Positions 34,559 through 44,818 of a DNA stretch of 64,000 nt are shown piece after piece. The notes under the pieces are model-generated. The model was not told where the DNA came from, did not search any database, and worked only from the letters and a program-made list of their open reading frames with translations. Positions within the stretch are counted from its first letter, which is position 1; each line of letters starts with the position of its first letter. The DNA lies in assembly GCA_965656495.1 (NCBI GenBank), contig CBFHKU010000002.1:64001-128000 (forward strand), read 5' to 3'. The position numbers and the translations under genes are program-made. The DNA comes from Coraliomargaritaceae bacterium (GTDB taxonomy: Bacteria > Verrucomicrobiota > Verrucomicrobiia > Opitutales > Coraliomargaritaceae).

Positions 34559-35959
34559 TTAAGCCGCCTCCTTTCTAAACATTTTGGTAAACAATAAATA
34601 AAGCACACCGCACCCAATCCAGCAAGGTAAGGGGAAGTACCATGCCGCAACGCCCTTGAACTGTATGCAATAAAGCGCCACCGCTACTGGCAGCAGCCAA
34701 GCCAGAAGAACTGCGGGATTTACCGACCCGCCAAAACGATAGGCATCGAATCGATTGGAATCCGCCTTTTGTTGGAAATACCAATCAAAGAAAATCACGG
34801 CACCCATCGGAGCCAGAATAGTCCCATACAGCCCCACAAAGGTCAGCAATTTCCAGGCAAAAGCCGGGAAGACGCCCGCGATCGTTGCCACCATCCCGGC
34901 GACAAAGGTAACCTTTAAGCGAGAGGCTTTCGGCAGGATCGCCTGAAAGGCCAAACCGGCCCGGTAAATCGTGGGATTCGCAGTCGTCCAACCGGCGACG
35001 ATCACACAAATGATACCTGCCAGTCCGGCGACTTGATTGGCCATCGGTCCCGGCACGGGATTGGTGTTGCCGCTGGCTTTGATTTGGACTGCCAGCATGA
35101 GCGCCGCCGCGATCCACGCCATGTAGTGCCCGACATACATCCCTGCGGATGAGGCCCAGCCGTAACTGGACTTCTTTGCAAAACGGAAGACCGACAAATC
35201 CGCCATACCGACGTGCATCGCAGCATTACAGAACCATGCAAAGAACGCGACGCTCCAGAAGCCCATTGTTGATTCGGCTGATCCACCCTGCGCGACCGTA
35301 ATCGATTCCGTCCAGACCCTGCCGAGCGCGTCCCAGTTGGTCACGCCCAACTCCTTAAAAGCGATCAGACCGCATGCTGCAAAGACCAAGACCATCCAGG
35401 GCGATGCGATATTGGCAAACTTGGCGACCGTCTCGTAGCCAAGCGAGGCCACAATTGAAATGACCAAGCCGACCAGCAGGACAATGACAACAAAGCTTGC
35501 GCTGTTGGGGTACCAATCCTCAATTCCCGGCATCGGCATGTTAAACGGGATGCCCACCGCAGTCGCCGATACCGTGATCATCGCCCCCGCAAGAAAACAG
35601 AACAAGATCCCGTTGGCCAAATTGAAGAGTTTCACCAACTGACCACCGGCAATCTTTTCAAGGTGGTAATAAAGCGTGTAGCGCGCTTGCACCGCAATCG
35701 GCGTGCAAAGATAGCGCCAACTCAAGACCGCCAGCAGGTTGCCAAACAAAAGACCCAGAATGATGTTTTGTAGGCTGACGCCATTGAGCAGGAACAGCGG
35801 GCCGATCATAAACTCGGTACCAGCCGCATGCTCCCCGGCATACATGCCCCAGAATTTGTTCGCACCTTTCAGTTTCCCGTCCGGCACACGTTCACGTTCA
35901 TACTCATTAGAGACAGAATCCGAAGCCGTCTCGTGGGTAGGTGGTGGTAAATCAGACAT
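34559..35959 (-). CDS. NCS1/purine-cytosine permease-like transporter
   Basis: About 12 TM helices; EYERERVP N-terminus, GWTTANPTIYRAGLA; co-oriented downstream of rhaA-rhaM. Confidence 0.75.
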   Translation of the reverse strand: MSDLPPPTHETASDSVSNEYERERVPDGKLKGANKFWGMYAGEHAAGTEFMIGPLFLLNGVSLQNIILGLLFGNLLAVLSWRYLCTPIAVQARYTLYYHLEKIAGGQLVKLFNLANGILFCFLAGAMITVSATAVGIPFNMPMPGIEDWYPNSASFVVIVLLVGLVISIVASLGYETVAKFANIASPWMVLVFAACGLIAFKELGVTNWDALGRVWTESITVAQGGSAESTMGFWSVAFFAWFCNAAMHVGMADLSVFRFAKKSSYGWASSAGMYVGHYMAWIAAALMLAVQIKASGNTNPVPGPMANQVAGLAGIICVIVAGWTTANPTIYRAGLAFQAILPKASRLKVTFVAGMVATIAGVFPAFAWKLLTFVGLYGTILAPMGAVIFFDWYFQQKADSNRFDAYRFGGSVNPAVLLAWLLPVAVALYCIQFKGVAAWYFPLPCWIGCGVLYLLFTKMFRKEAA

Positions 35960-36032
35960 AGGAGGTTTTATAATTATTAATCAATGGTTTCGAAAAAATA
36001 TCTCAATTAAAAAACCGCCTCGATAAGCCCCC

Positions 36033-36347
36033 TCAATCCATATGAAAGACTTCTTTCAACGGCTTGAAGACAGGCATGTTGTCGGGATGCACCTCCATCA
36101 AGTCGGCCATATGATCCCACCAACGCCGCACAATTTCCAAATCCTTCATTTCAGACGCAGTGTTATCCGCGCTGAGTTTCCGGAAGGCGAAAAGGGTGAG
36201 GCTCTCCTCGTCAAAATAAATAGAATAATCCGAGATGCCCGCATCGGTATGGACCTGCGCTAACTCCGGCCATATTTCGTCGTGCCGTTTTTTGTATTCC
36301 TCCACGCAGCCCGGTTTGAGCTTCATCTTAAAAGCGTCGCGTTCCAT
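36033..36347 (-). CDS. rhaM: L-rhamnose mutarotase
   Basis: EYKKRHDEIWPEL, DYSIY, RWWDHMADLM, LKEVFHMD. Confidence 0.95.
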   Translation of the reverse strand: MERDAFKMKLKPGCVEEYKKRHDEIWPELAQVHTDAGISDYSIYFDEESLTLFAFRKLSADNTASEMKDLEIVRRWWDHMADLMEVHPDNMPVFKPLKEVFHMD

Positions 36348-36353
36348 CTTGGC

Positions 36354-37595
36354 TCAACTCCGTTTTGCGAGCACCGCTTGCTCATAATTCTTGACCGCCT
36401 GCAAAAGATCCAGCTCGCCCGGCACTTCATTGCGTTTGCAGAATTCTTCCCACACGACTGCCCAGGGCAGGGCCTTGGCTTGTTCGAGCACCGCCAAACG
36501 GGTGGTGTAATCGCCCGCGAGTTCGGCGGCACGGAGTTGCTCACGCGGTTCCAGCAAAGCGAGCAGCAAGCTCTTCTGCGCGGCACGTGTGCCGATCGCC
36601 CACGCCGCAATGCGATTGATCGAGGCATCGAAGAAATCGAGCCCGATATGGGTGCGAGGAAGCGCATCACAGCGCACCAACTCCTGCATAATCTGCTGCG
36701 TTGGGTCGTCGAAGAGCACAACGTGGTCACTGTCCCAGCGCACCCCGCGGGAGACGTGCAACAATAACTCCGGTACATACATCAGCACCGAGGAAATTTT
36801 GTCGGCAATCCCCTCGGTCGGATGAAAGTGCCCGGCATCCAGACAGAGCGCCGTCTGGTTCTTGATCGCGTAGCCCATGTAGAACTCGTGCGAACCCACC
36901 ACCATGCTCTCGGAGCCGATGCCAAAGAGCTTGCACTCCACTGCATCGATGTTGTGGGCCGGGTCGAGCTTCTCCGCAAATACCTGATCAAGGCTGTCGG
37001 AAAGACGCTGACGGTAGCTTTGGCGATCTACGGGCAGGTCCTTCATTCCGTCCGGTATCCAAACATTCGTCACCGCCGCACTGCCAAGTTGCTCACCCAT
37101 GGAGGCCGCAATCGCACGACTGCGCTGGCAGTGCTCGATCCAGAAATCACGGATGCCCTTATCGGGATGGCTCAGCGTCAGGCCATCGTCCGCCTTCGGG
37201 TGCGAGAAATTGGACGGATTGAAATCCATTCCAATCCCCTGCGCCTTCGCCCAGTCGATCCAGCTCTGAAAATGCTTTACCTCGATCTCATCACGGTCGA
37301 CGGATTGACCGCCAAAATCTCCGTAAATCGCATGGAGGTTCAGGCGATGCTTGCCCGGGAGTAGCGAAAGCACTTGCTCGAGGTCCTGTCGCAATTCCCC
37401 AATACTGCGAGCTTTGCCGGGATAGTTCCCCGTCACCGCCAGACCGCTGCCCAAGTCTCCGGCACCCTGCTCAAATCCCACTACATCGTCGCCCTGCCAG
37501 CAATGCAACGAAATCGGCGTCGCCGCCATGACCGCAAGCGCCGCTTCCACATCCACGCCCTGCGACGCATAAAGATCTTTAATTGAATCAAACAT
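36354..37595 (-). CDS. rhaA: L-rhamnose isomerase
   Basis: Likely start MFDSIK at 37595; [51 protein letters not shown]. Confidence 0.96.
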   Translation of the reverse strand: MFDSIKDLYASQGVDVEAALAVMAATPISLHCWQGDDVVGFEQGAGDLGSGLAVTGNYPGKARSIGELRQDLEQVLSLLPGKHRLNLHAIYGDFGGQSVDRDEIEVKHFQSWIDWAKAQGIGMDFNPSNFSHPKADDGLTLSHPDKGIRDFWIEHCQRSRAIAASMGEQLGSAAVTNVWIPDGMKDLPVDRQSYRQRLSDSLDQVFAEKLDPAHNIDAVECKLFGIGSESMVVGSHEFYMGYAIKNQTALCLDAGHFHPTEGIADKISSVLMYVPELLLHVSRGVRWDSDHVVLFDDPTQQIMQELVRCDALPRTHIGLDFFDASINRIAAWAIGTRAAQKSLLLALLEPREQLRAAELAGDYTTRLAVLEQAKALPWAVVWEEFCKRNEVPGELDLLQAVKNYEQAVLAKRS

Positions 37596-37703
37596 AATAT
37601 AATTGAAATTTAACCATCCAGAATACCGTAAATAAGTCCAAATAAGAATACACTCACTGACATTGTATTTGCATTTTTTGACATCGCGGGCATCCATAAA
37701 GGC

Positions 37704-38609
37704 ATGTCAGCGCAATCCGACAATTTCAGTCGCTATCTTCCCACCGACCAGCAAGCTAGAGAATGGGGCTGGAGGCTCATCGACACAGGTAGACAAACCC
37801 TCAAACCGAATGCCCCCTACCCCAACCCGGGACATCCCCAAAGCTACCTTTTTGACAAAGACGGACGGCGCACCCTCGATGAATTCCAGATCGTCTTCAT
37901 CGCAAGTGGCAACGGCTATTTCGAGTCGGCATCGACCCCCGGCACCACCATTCCATCGGGAACCGCCCTGCTCTTGTTCCCCGGTGAATGGCATCGCTAC
38001 CGACCCTCTAAAAGCAGCGGTTGGACTGAATATTGGCTCGGCTTCGGCGGACGGGAGGCCGAGCGCATCATGCGGTCCTTTTTCACGCCCCAGAATCCGG
38101 TTATGCCCGTCCGCCAACCCGACGCACTCATCCAGCACTTCCATCAAATCCTTCATTGGCTTCAACAACCTGTCGCAGCAAAAGAACAAATCCTCGCCAG
38201 CCATATCCCACTGGCCTTGGCACTCTTGCGCTCGAATATGCTCACCGACGGGGTCACCCACAACTCAGATGCCGAACTCGTCATGCGAGCCAAGGCCGGG
38301 ATATTGACACAGCTAACCGGTCGCACCGACTTGGAGGCACTCGCCCGATCCCTCGGCATCAGTTACTCGCGCTTCCGCTTCGCATTCAAAAGAGAAACCG
38401 GCTACTCCCCCCGGGAATACGAGAACCTTATGAAACTGAACCGCGCCCGCGACCTCTTGCTGCGGGAACAGAAGTGCGTCTCTGAAACTGCGGACGCCCT
38501 CGCCTACTCCTCCGTTTACTACTTCTCGCGCGCCTTCAAAAAACAGTTCGGCGAATCGCCCAAGCAATGGCTACGCAAAAGAACGAACCCGCAAACAACT
38601 GATACCTGA
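37704..38609 (+). CDS. AraC-family regulator, divergent from rhaA
   Basis: Cupin (PGEWHRY) plus double HTH ([15 protein letters not shown]). Confidence 0.93.
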   Translation: MSAQSDNFSRYLPTDQQAREWGWRLIDTGRQTLKPNAPYPNPGHPQSYLFDKDGRRTLDEFQIVFIASGNGYFESASTPGTTIPSGTALLLFPGEWHRYRPSKSSGWTEYWLGFGGREAERIMRSFFTPQNPVMPVRQPDALIQHFHQILHWLQQPVAAKEQILASHIPLALALLRSNMLTDGVTHNSDAELVMRAKAGILTQLTGRTDLEALARSLGISYSRFRFAFKRETGYSPREYENLMKLNRARDLLLREQKCVSETADALAYSSVYYFSRAFKKQFGESPKQWLRKRTNPQTTDT

Positions 38610-38615
38610 ATCCGC

Positions 38616-38717
38616 TCAGCACACCTGATTCACCTCGATCCCCAACAAGGACCCAAGCTTTTCGATTTTACTGCCAATATGCCCGAGCCCAATCGCGCAA
38701 TGATGCGCCGGGCCGCC
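38616..38717 (-). repeat. 102-bp direct repeat: duplicate of the 3' end of the isomerase gene (39987-40088)
   Basis: 101/102 identical; sole mismatch 38676 A vs 40047 G (synonymous Ile). Confidence 0.95.
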
Positions 38718-38745
38718 ACGAGACTGGCCACCCAAAAAAATAACC

Positions 38746-38778
38746 TTGCAAATATTCCAAATTATGGAAAATTTACAA
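38746..38778 (+). promoter_or_regulatory. Palindromic operator-like site directly upstream of the AAA ATPase ATG
   Basis: TTGCAAATATTCCA-AATTA-TGGAAAATTTACAA (12/14 inverted match), ending 2 nt before ATG 38781. Confidence 0.55.
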
Positions 38779-38780
38779 GG

Positions 38781-39953
38781 ATGATCAAGAGGATCCTCCG
38801 AGAAAAAGTCAACCACGCCTTAACACGACAAGCCGCGGTTGCTCTGATTGGGCCACGCCAAGTAGGAAAGACCACCCTCGCACTGGAAATTGGTCAGGAA
38901 CTCGGGGCACTGTATCTGGATTTGGAAAATAGAGATGACCGCGAACGGCTCAGAGACCCGGTATTGTTCCTCGAAAGCCAAGAAGATCGATTGGTCATTT
39001 TGGACGAAATCCACCGGGCTCCGAAACTATTCGAAACCTTACGAGGAGTCATCGACGAGGGACGCCGAAACCAAAAGGGTCAATGCCGATTCCTGATTTT
39101 AGGATCAGCCGCCATCGATCTACTCCGACAATCCGGCGAATCGCTCGCCGGACGTATCACCTACATCGACATGAATCCGCTATCCGTTCTGGAAATAAAA
39201 AACACGCGCAAAGCCCGCGAGCAACTGTGGCTGCGCGGGGGATTCCCCGATGCCTACCTGGCCGAAAGCGACCGGGAGAGCATGCTTTTGAGAAAAGATT
39301 TCATACGCACCTATCTGGAACGCGATATCCCTATGTTTGGCCCCCGCATTCCATCGACCACTCTGGAGCGTCTATGGTCGATGCTGGCCAATCGCCAAGG
39401 CTCGATCTTAAACGCCTCTCAATTGGCTCGCTCACTCGATATCAGCACACAATCGGTCGGCCGTTATATAGACTTACTCGCGGATCTCTTGCTGGTGAGA
39501 CGGCTCCCCCCTTATCACGCGAATGTGGGAAAACGCCTCGTTAAATCTCCCAAAGTATATATCCGCGACAGCGGGATGCTGCATACACTCCTTGGACTGG
39601 AAACCCTCGAGCAAATTGCCGGCCATCCGATCTATGGAGCAAGCTGGGAGGGCTTTGCACTCGAAACACTGCTCGCACAATTACAATGGCCCGCGACTGC
39701 CCACTTCTACCGGACGTCCGCAGGTGCGGAAATCGATCTTGTAATCGAAAGACCAGACAGAAGCATCTGGGCGATCGAAATTAAGCGGGGCCTTTCGGCA
39801 AAATTGGAGCGTGGGTTTCACAACGCACGCGAAGACCTCAAGCCAGCCAGATCTTTTATCGTTCATTCCGGAGAAGATCGCTATCCGCTCACAAAGGAAA
39901 TTGAAGCAATCGGATTGAGGGAACTCGCAGAGCTATTGCGCGCAGAAGCTTAG
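38781..39953 (+). CDS. AAA_14/DUF4143-type ATPase with C-terminal nuclease-like motif
   Basis: Start MIKR; Walker A GPRQVGKT, Walker B ILDEIH, ESLAGR, KSPKVYIRDSG, C-terminal EIDLV...AIEIK. Confidence 0.9.
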   Translation: MIKRILREKVNHALTRQAAVALIGPRQVGKTTLALEIGQELGALYLDLENRDDRERLRDPVLFLESQEDRLVILDEIHRAPKLFETLRGVIDEGRRNQKGQCRFLILGSAAIDLLRQSGESLAGRITYIDMNPLSVLEIKNTRKAREQLWLRGGFPDAYLAESDRESMLLRKDFIRTYLERDIPMFGPRIPSTTLERLWSMLANRQGSILNASQLARSLDISTQSVGRYIDLLADLLLVRRLPPYHANVGKRLVKSPKVYIRDSGMLHTLLGLETLEQIAGHPIYGASWEGFALETLLAQLQWPATAHFYRTSAGAEIDLVIERPDRSIWAIEIKRGLSAKLERGFHNAREDLKPARSFIVHSGEDRYPLTKEIEAIGLRELAELLRAEA

Positions 39954-39986
39954 CGCGTGAAACAACACAAGTTGAAGTGATCGGTA

Positions 39987-41393
39987 TCAGCACACCTGAT
40001 TCACCTCGATCCCCAACAAGGACCCAAGCTTTTCGATTTTACTGCCGATATGCCCGAGCCCAATCGCGCAATGATGCGCCGGGCCGCCCTTGGACCAGTC
40101 GTTCATAAACTGCTTCGCACCGATATCAAATTTGTAGCGGCTGTTGGTGTTACCAATCTGAAGAATTGGACCCGGGACGGAATCGCCCTCAGCCACCTGC
40201 AATAATACCGAACCGTCACCGCGTGTTACTACCGAGAGAAGCGTCACCGGCCCGTGTTGTACTGTCATTTGAATCGATAATCCCTTCCCCGGTTTACCAT
40301 GATACACAGGAACCGGCACCAGTCCCACCCGGCCTTCGGCAATCGCAAAGTGCGCCGGGCCATCATGCCCAAGATAGACCACATCATCCTTGAAATCAGA
40401 CAGATAAAATTCGGAGAACGAACCACCGACCCCAAACAGATCCATGATCTTCATCGCCTGCACGTTCTTCACCTCACACTCGCCGGCGATTGGAATATTG
40501 CGCCCGGTAAGCAAAGTGTTTCCCGCGATCACAGAGGTCACGATATTTTCATATTCACCCGCACCCTCATAATAGTACGCCATCGAACCCAGATTGTGCT
40601 TCGCGATCAGTTGATCCAGCGCCACCGATGTTTGGGCCGCACGCTCCAACTCGGAACGCTCACACTCATTTGAAACATCGAACTTCTGCTCAAATTCAGC
40701 CACCTTCGCCGCAATTTCGTCAGCGGTGACCGCCTTGCGCAGTTCATTGAGTTCACACATTTCCAACAACTCGAAGTGATTACCGAATACAGATGCCTGC
40801 TGCGTTAGATCACTATACACATCGAGCATCCCGCAAAAATAGTGCCCCATCACCCCAACACGGTTCTCGCGCATCCCGGCAACGACCTTAGCCGCGTCCA
40901 CCCAATCTTCAATCTCCTGCCACGCCTCGGGTTCCTGCAGGTAGCCGGTCACCACATGGTAGTCGATGCCCGTGCGATTAAACACACAGGCAAGCTCCGG
41001 CACCGAGCAGGACTGGCAATGCTCCAGCCACACACCCGTCATCGTGCCGCGATCCCCCAGTGCGTTGAATTTTTCGTAGTCCAATTGCGCCACTGGTTGC
41101 AGATTCAACATCACCACCGGCACTTTGGTTTTCTGCACCACCGGAAGCACCGTCGAAGAGAGCGCGTAGGTGGAGATGAAAAGGAAGATCACCTCAACGT
41201 CCTGCTGTTTGAATAACTTTGCTGCGCCGTGTGCCTTCTCGACCTTGTCCACCATCCCCGCATCGACGAGCTCAATGCCCATCCCCGCGATGCGATCGCG
41301 AATCTGCGCATGGTAACCGTTCAAATTGTCCAGCAAGCCATCAAATTGCGGCCAGTAGGTATCGAGTCCGATTGAAAATATTCCCGCTTTCAT
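39987..41393 (-). CDS. L-fucose/L-arabinose isomerase family protein
   Basis: AGECE, GHDGP, GPAHHCAIGLGH C-terminal motif; substrate not assignable from sequence. Confidence 0.8.
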   Translation of the reverse strand: MKAGIFSIGLDTYWPQFDGLLDNLNGYHAQIRDRIAGMGIELVDAGMVDKVEKAHGAAKLFKQQDVEVIFLFISTYALSSTVLPVVQKTKVPVVMLNLQPVAQLDYEKFNALGDRGTMTGVWLEHCQSCSVPELACVFNRTGIDYHVVTGYLQEPEAWQEIEDWVDAAKVVAGMRENRVGVMGHYFCGMLDVYSDLTQQASVFGNHFELLEMCELNELRKAVTADEIAAKVAEFEQKFDVSNECERSELERAAQTSVALDQLIAKHNLGSMAYYYEGAGEYENIVTSVIAGNTLLTGRNIPIAGECEVKNVQAMKIMDLFGVGGSFSEFYLSDFKDDVVYLGHDGPAHFAIAEGRVGLVPVPVYHGKPGKGLSIQMTVQHGPVTLLSVVTRGDGSVLLQVAEGDSVPGPILQIGNTNSRYKFDIGAKQFMNDWSKGGPAHHCAIGLGHIGSKIEKLGSLLGIEVNQVC

Positions 41394-41418
41394 AGTTTCT
41401 TAATTTGTTGAAAAATTC

Positions 41419-42462
41419 TCAGTGCGCGGCGGCGGCACCCTGCAAATAGTTGCCCAATCCGATCAGGACTGTGGAAAACGCTATCACCAGAACGCCAGCC
41501 ACCAGCAAGCCGATGGTTTTCCGTTCGGCGCCCTTCCATTCCTTCAAGTAGAGGCTCCACAGATTACTCGCAATGATGATGAACGACATGTGCAGCGTCC
41601 AACTGGTGAAGTCGTAGTCCCCCATCTTAGTGGAACCCATGCCATAGAACATAAACTGCAAATACCAGGTCACCCCCGCAATCGCCGCGAAACTGAAATT
41701 TTTCAACAAGGGCGCATCGCTATTGGTGTAATCCTTCCAACTCCCCTTTGAGCAGATCAGGTAAACGCACCATACCGCGTTTGTCACAAAACCACCCAAC
41801 AAGACCACGACCAGCACGGCGTTATTCACCCATAACGGATCGGTGCCCGATGCCCCCGCCGACTCGGCAATCGGCTTGCCCGCCGCAAACGCGAAGGCCA
41901 TGCACGCGCTCATCAGTCCCGCAAAACCAGCCACCAATAGACCGCGAACCAAATGAAAATCCTGCTCGTCTTCCTCTTCCTGAGTCAAGGTCTGTTCCTT
42001 GAGATGTCCCGCGTAGCCGCACAAGCCGATGCCCAGTAAGCAAACCACAATCCCGGATAACACCACCCCGCCGGGCACCGTCGTAAGCAGCGTAATGATA
42101 CTCCCGTCATGCACCGCTGGAATCAGGGTACCAAAGGCCGCGCAAAAACCCAAGGCCACTCCGTAGCCCAGCGACATGCCTAAATAACGCACTGATAAAC
42201 CGAAGGTCAGACCCCCAATCCCCCAAAGCAACCCGAACAAAAACGTCCAACCCAAAGTTGCCGGCGATACTGAAAAAATTGTCCCAAACAAATCGGGCAC
42301 AGTAAGTAAGGCCACCACCAGCGGCGCTAGGATCCACGAGAAAAGTCCATTTGCGATCCAACCACTCTCCCATGCCCACTTTTGGATCCGCTTGAGTGGC
42401 AAATAAAAACTCCCCGCGGCAAATCCGCCGATGGCGTGAAAAATGACCCCCAATATAACCAT
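41419..42462 (-). CDS. rhaT: RhaT-family sugar/proton symporter
   Basis: HAIGGFAAGSFYLP, WAWE, WGIGGLTFGLSVRYLGMSLG, SWTLHM, LKEWKG. Confidence 0.9.
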   Translation of the reverse strand: MVILGVIFHAIGGFAAGSFYLPLKRIQKWAWESGWIANGLFSWILAPLVVALLTVPDLFGTIFSVSPATLGWTFLFGLLWGIGGLTFGLSVRYLGMSLGYGVALGFCAAFGTLIPAVHDGSIITLLTTVPGGVVLSGIVVCLLGIGLCGYAGHLKEQTLTQEEEDEQDFHLVRGLLVAGFAGLMSACMAFAFAAGKPIAESAGASGTDPLWVNNAVLVVVLLGGFVTNAVWCVYLICSKGSWKDYTNSDAPLLKNFSFAAIAGVTWYLQFMFYGMGSTKMGDYDFTSWTLHMSFIIIASNLWSLYLKEWKGAERKTIGLLVAGVLVIAFSTVLIGLGNYLQGAAAAH

Positions 42463-42573
42463 AATAACTTTTAATGAATCGATGTCCTATTTCATAAGGC
42501 GCAACATAGACTACAGGATTCGCAAAAAATTCAAATGGACAGAATGCTATATTTTTTGCACATTTTGCTGTCA

Positions 42574-43497
42574 ATGAGCTCTCCCACAAAAGCATGGTCC
42601 TGCTATCTGCCCCAGGCCCCCGAAGCGGTCGCGTGGGGTCTCTATGTGCTCGATGCCGGCTACACCTTCATCACACCGTATACCCCTTACCCGCCCGGAG
42701 AGCATCCCGACTCCAACATGTTTACTTGGGAAAAAGGGCGTACCCTCGACAGTTTTACCCTCGTTTATATCACACGCGGCAAGGGCCAACTGGAAACGCA
42801 AAACAGCGGCACTCACACGATCCATGCCGGAGACCTCTTCATCCTGCACCCCGGAGAATGGCACCGCTTCAAACCCAAGCTCAATACAGGCTGGGATGAG
42901 CACTGGGTGGAGTTCGACGGTGAACACGCACGCCGCATCATGCGCCATTCCGCGCTCTCGCCCAAGATGCCCGTGCATTCGATTGGCGCCGACGAGGCCA
43001 TCTTGCGGCTCTTCCTTGAAATCAGCGAAGCCACCCAAATACAACCCCCCGGCTTCGAACAGATCATCGCCACACTCACTGCACAAATCGTCGCCCGACT
43101 GCTCGCACACATGCACGCCGAGAGCCCCGAAGCACGCGACATGGAAGCAGGTATTCGGCGCGCCTGTTTGCACATTTTACAGAATTCCGAACAGACGATT
43201 GATATCCAACAGCTAGCATCTGACTTGGGCATCAGCTACTCCGCATTTCGCAGTCATTTCAAACAGATCACCGGCCTGCCACCAGTTCAGTATCAAATCC
43301 AAATCCGACTCAACAAAGCGCGCCGTCTCCTGCGCAACAGCAACCGCTCCATTCAAGAAATCGCCGAACAACTCGGCTTCGAATCAATCTACTACTTCTC
43401 CCGCCTCTTCAAAAAAAAGACCGGTCACTCACCCCTCGCCTACCGCAAACAGACGCAATTCCCCGAGCGCCGCGTGGAGCGCTCACCAAAGGCCTAA
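42574..43497 (+). CDS. AraC-family regulator, divergent from rhaT
   Basis: Start MSSPTK; PGEWHRF; YYFSRLFKKKTGHSP; paralog of 37704-38609. Confidence 0.92.
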   Translation: MSSPTKAWSCYLPQAPEAVAWGLYVLDAGYTFITPYTPYPPGEHPDSNMFTWEKGRTLDSFTLVYITRGKGQLETQNSGTHTIHAGDLFILHPGEWHRFKPKLNTGWDEHWVEFDGEHARRIMRHSALSPKMPVHSIGADEAILRLFLEISEATQIQPPGFEQIIATLTAQIVARLLAHMHAESPEARDMEAGIRRACLHILQNSEQTIDIQQLASDLGISYSAFRSHFKQITGLPPVQYQIQIRLNKARRLLRNSNRSIQEIAEQLGFESIYYFSRLFKKKTGHSPLAYRKQTQFPERRVERSPKA

Positions 43498-43588
43498 GGA
43501 AAATCGTTCGCGCAAACCCCGCCGCGACTGACAAGGATAGCCATTCAAAATCAAATCTTGGTACAACAACATTCCTAGCAATCCATTC

Positions 43589-44569
43589 TTATTCCAGTTG
43601 GCCCTTAATTTCGCTCAAGGTAAAGCGTTGCCCCTGAAGCTCCCGAATCTTCGCAGCGCGCTGAATCATACGCGGGTGATACAGTTGATAACCGGAGTCA
43701 GTCGTATCCGTCACATGCAAGAGGCCTTCCTTTGTCCAATAGCGGATCGTCGCATTGCTCTCACCGGTCTCACAAGCCAATTGCCCGATCCGGAGCAAGT
43801 CTGGCTTTGGATCCGAATCTTCATCAGCGACTTCTCCTCCCACAGCCTTGAGATAAATGTCCAACGAGCGGTCAACCGCATCTACTATGACCTTGTTGTA
43901 GCCATCCTTCGAACCGCCTAGCTGCGCCTTTTCCAAACCGCCGATATACTTCAACCGGTCACGAGTCCGTATGATCGCCGGTGGATAGCCATGCTGCATC
44001 AGGATCAAGTTCATCAACAGCCGGGCGGTGCGTCCATTGCCATCCACAAAGGGATGAATCGTCACCAACTGATAGTGCGCCTCCGCAGCCAATTCGACTG
44101 GATGCAATGCTTCACTCGCAACAAGCCATTCAATGAATTGCTCCATCAAGCCCGGCACTTTCACAGGATCCGGAAGAATCACAGGAGAACCTGAGATACG
44201 AACAGGAATCGTTCTAAAATGCCCCGCATTGTCATCATCGATTCCACGCAGAACAGTTTCATGGATTTGTAGCACATCCGCCAACCGAAGTTTGCTGGTT
44301 GGAGTTTGAGATAAACGGAGAACACCCTTCAAAGCTTTGGCATGATTCGTCGCCTCAAGGTACTCAACAAGTGTCTTCCCCCCAACTGTGAGGCCCTTCT
44401 CCACAACAGCTGCGGTCTCTTTGCGCGACAAAGTATTCCCCTCAAGCGCATTACTTGTATAAGTCAGCTCAACCAAAAACCATGCCTCCAGATTACGCAC
44501 GAGCTCTGGCGGCAGCGGACGGAATCCGTCTAATTGTCGCTGCTTACTCGATATTTTCTCTAAATTCAT
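43589..44569 (-). CDS. Fic-domain protein fused to a C-terminal MerR-type HTH
   Basis: Start MNLEKI; SNALEGN inhibitory motif; HPFVDGNGRTAR catalytic motif; C-terminal RIGQLACETGESNATIRYWTKEGLL. Confidence 0.9.
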   Translation of the reverse strand: MNLEKISSKQRQLDGFRPLPPELVRNLEAWFLVELTYTSNALEGNTLSRKETAAVVEKGLTVGGKTLVEYLEATNHAKALKGVLRLSQTPTSKLRLADVLQIHETVLRGIDDDNAGHFRTIPVRISGSPVILPDPVKVPGLMEQFIEWLVASEALHPVELAAEAHYQLVTIHPFVDGNGRTARLLMNLILMQHGYPPAIIRTRDRLKYIGGLEKAQLGGSKDGYNKVIVDAVDRSLDIYLKAVGGEVADEDSDPKPDLLRIGQLACETGESNATIRYWTKEGLLHVTDTTDSGYQLYHPRMIQRAAKIRELQGQRFTLSEIKGQLE

Positions 44570-44818
44570 ACATAAACCATAAAGCATCACTTTACGGTTT
44601 ATCAAGAATCAAAACCATAAGCCGGCAATCCACTCGAAAACTCCAAGCTGTAGTCGACATGAATTTGTTCCCCATTGGATTCGGTGCCTTATTACCATCA
44701 ACCTCCTCCAAATCTGATTTGCAACGGGTGACGGAGTTCAGAGCAAAACTTCATTCCTTAAAATTCTGTTTCATACCTGCTTCGCAGTTCTGACACCAGC
44801 CGACCAAATTGCTCAAGC

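Noticed and set aside
38616..38816. 66-aa ORF ending like the isomerase
   Set aside because: By-product of the 102-bp duplication; its N-terminal half is antisense to the ATPase start and promoter.
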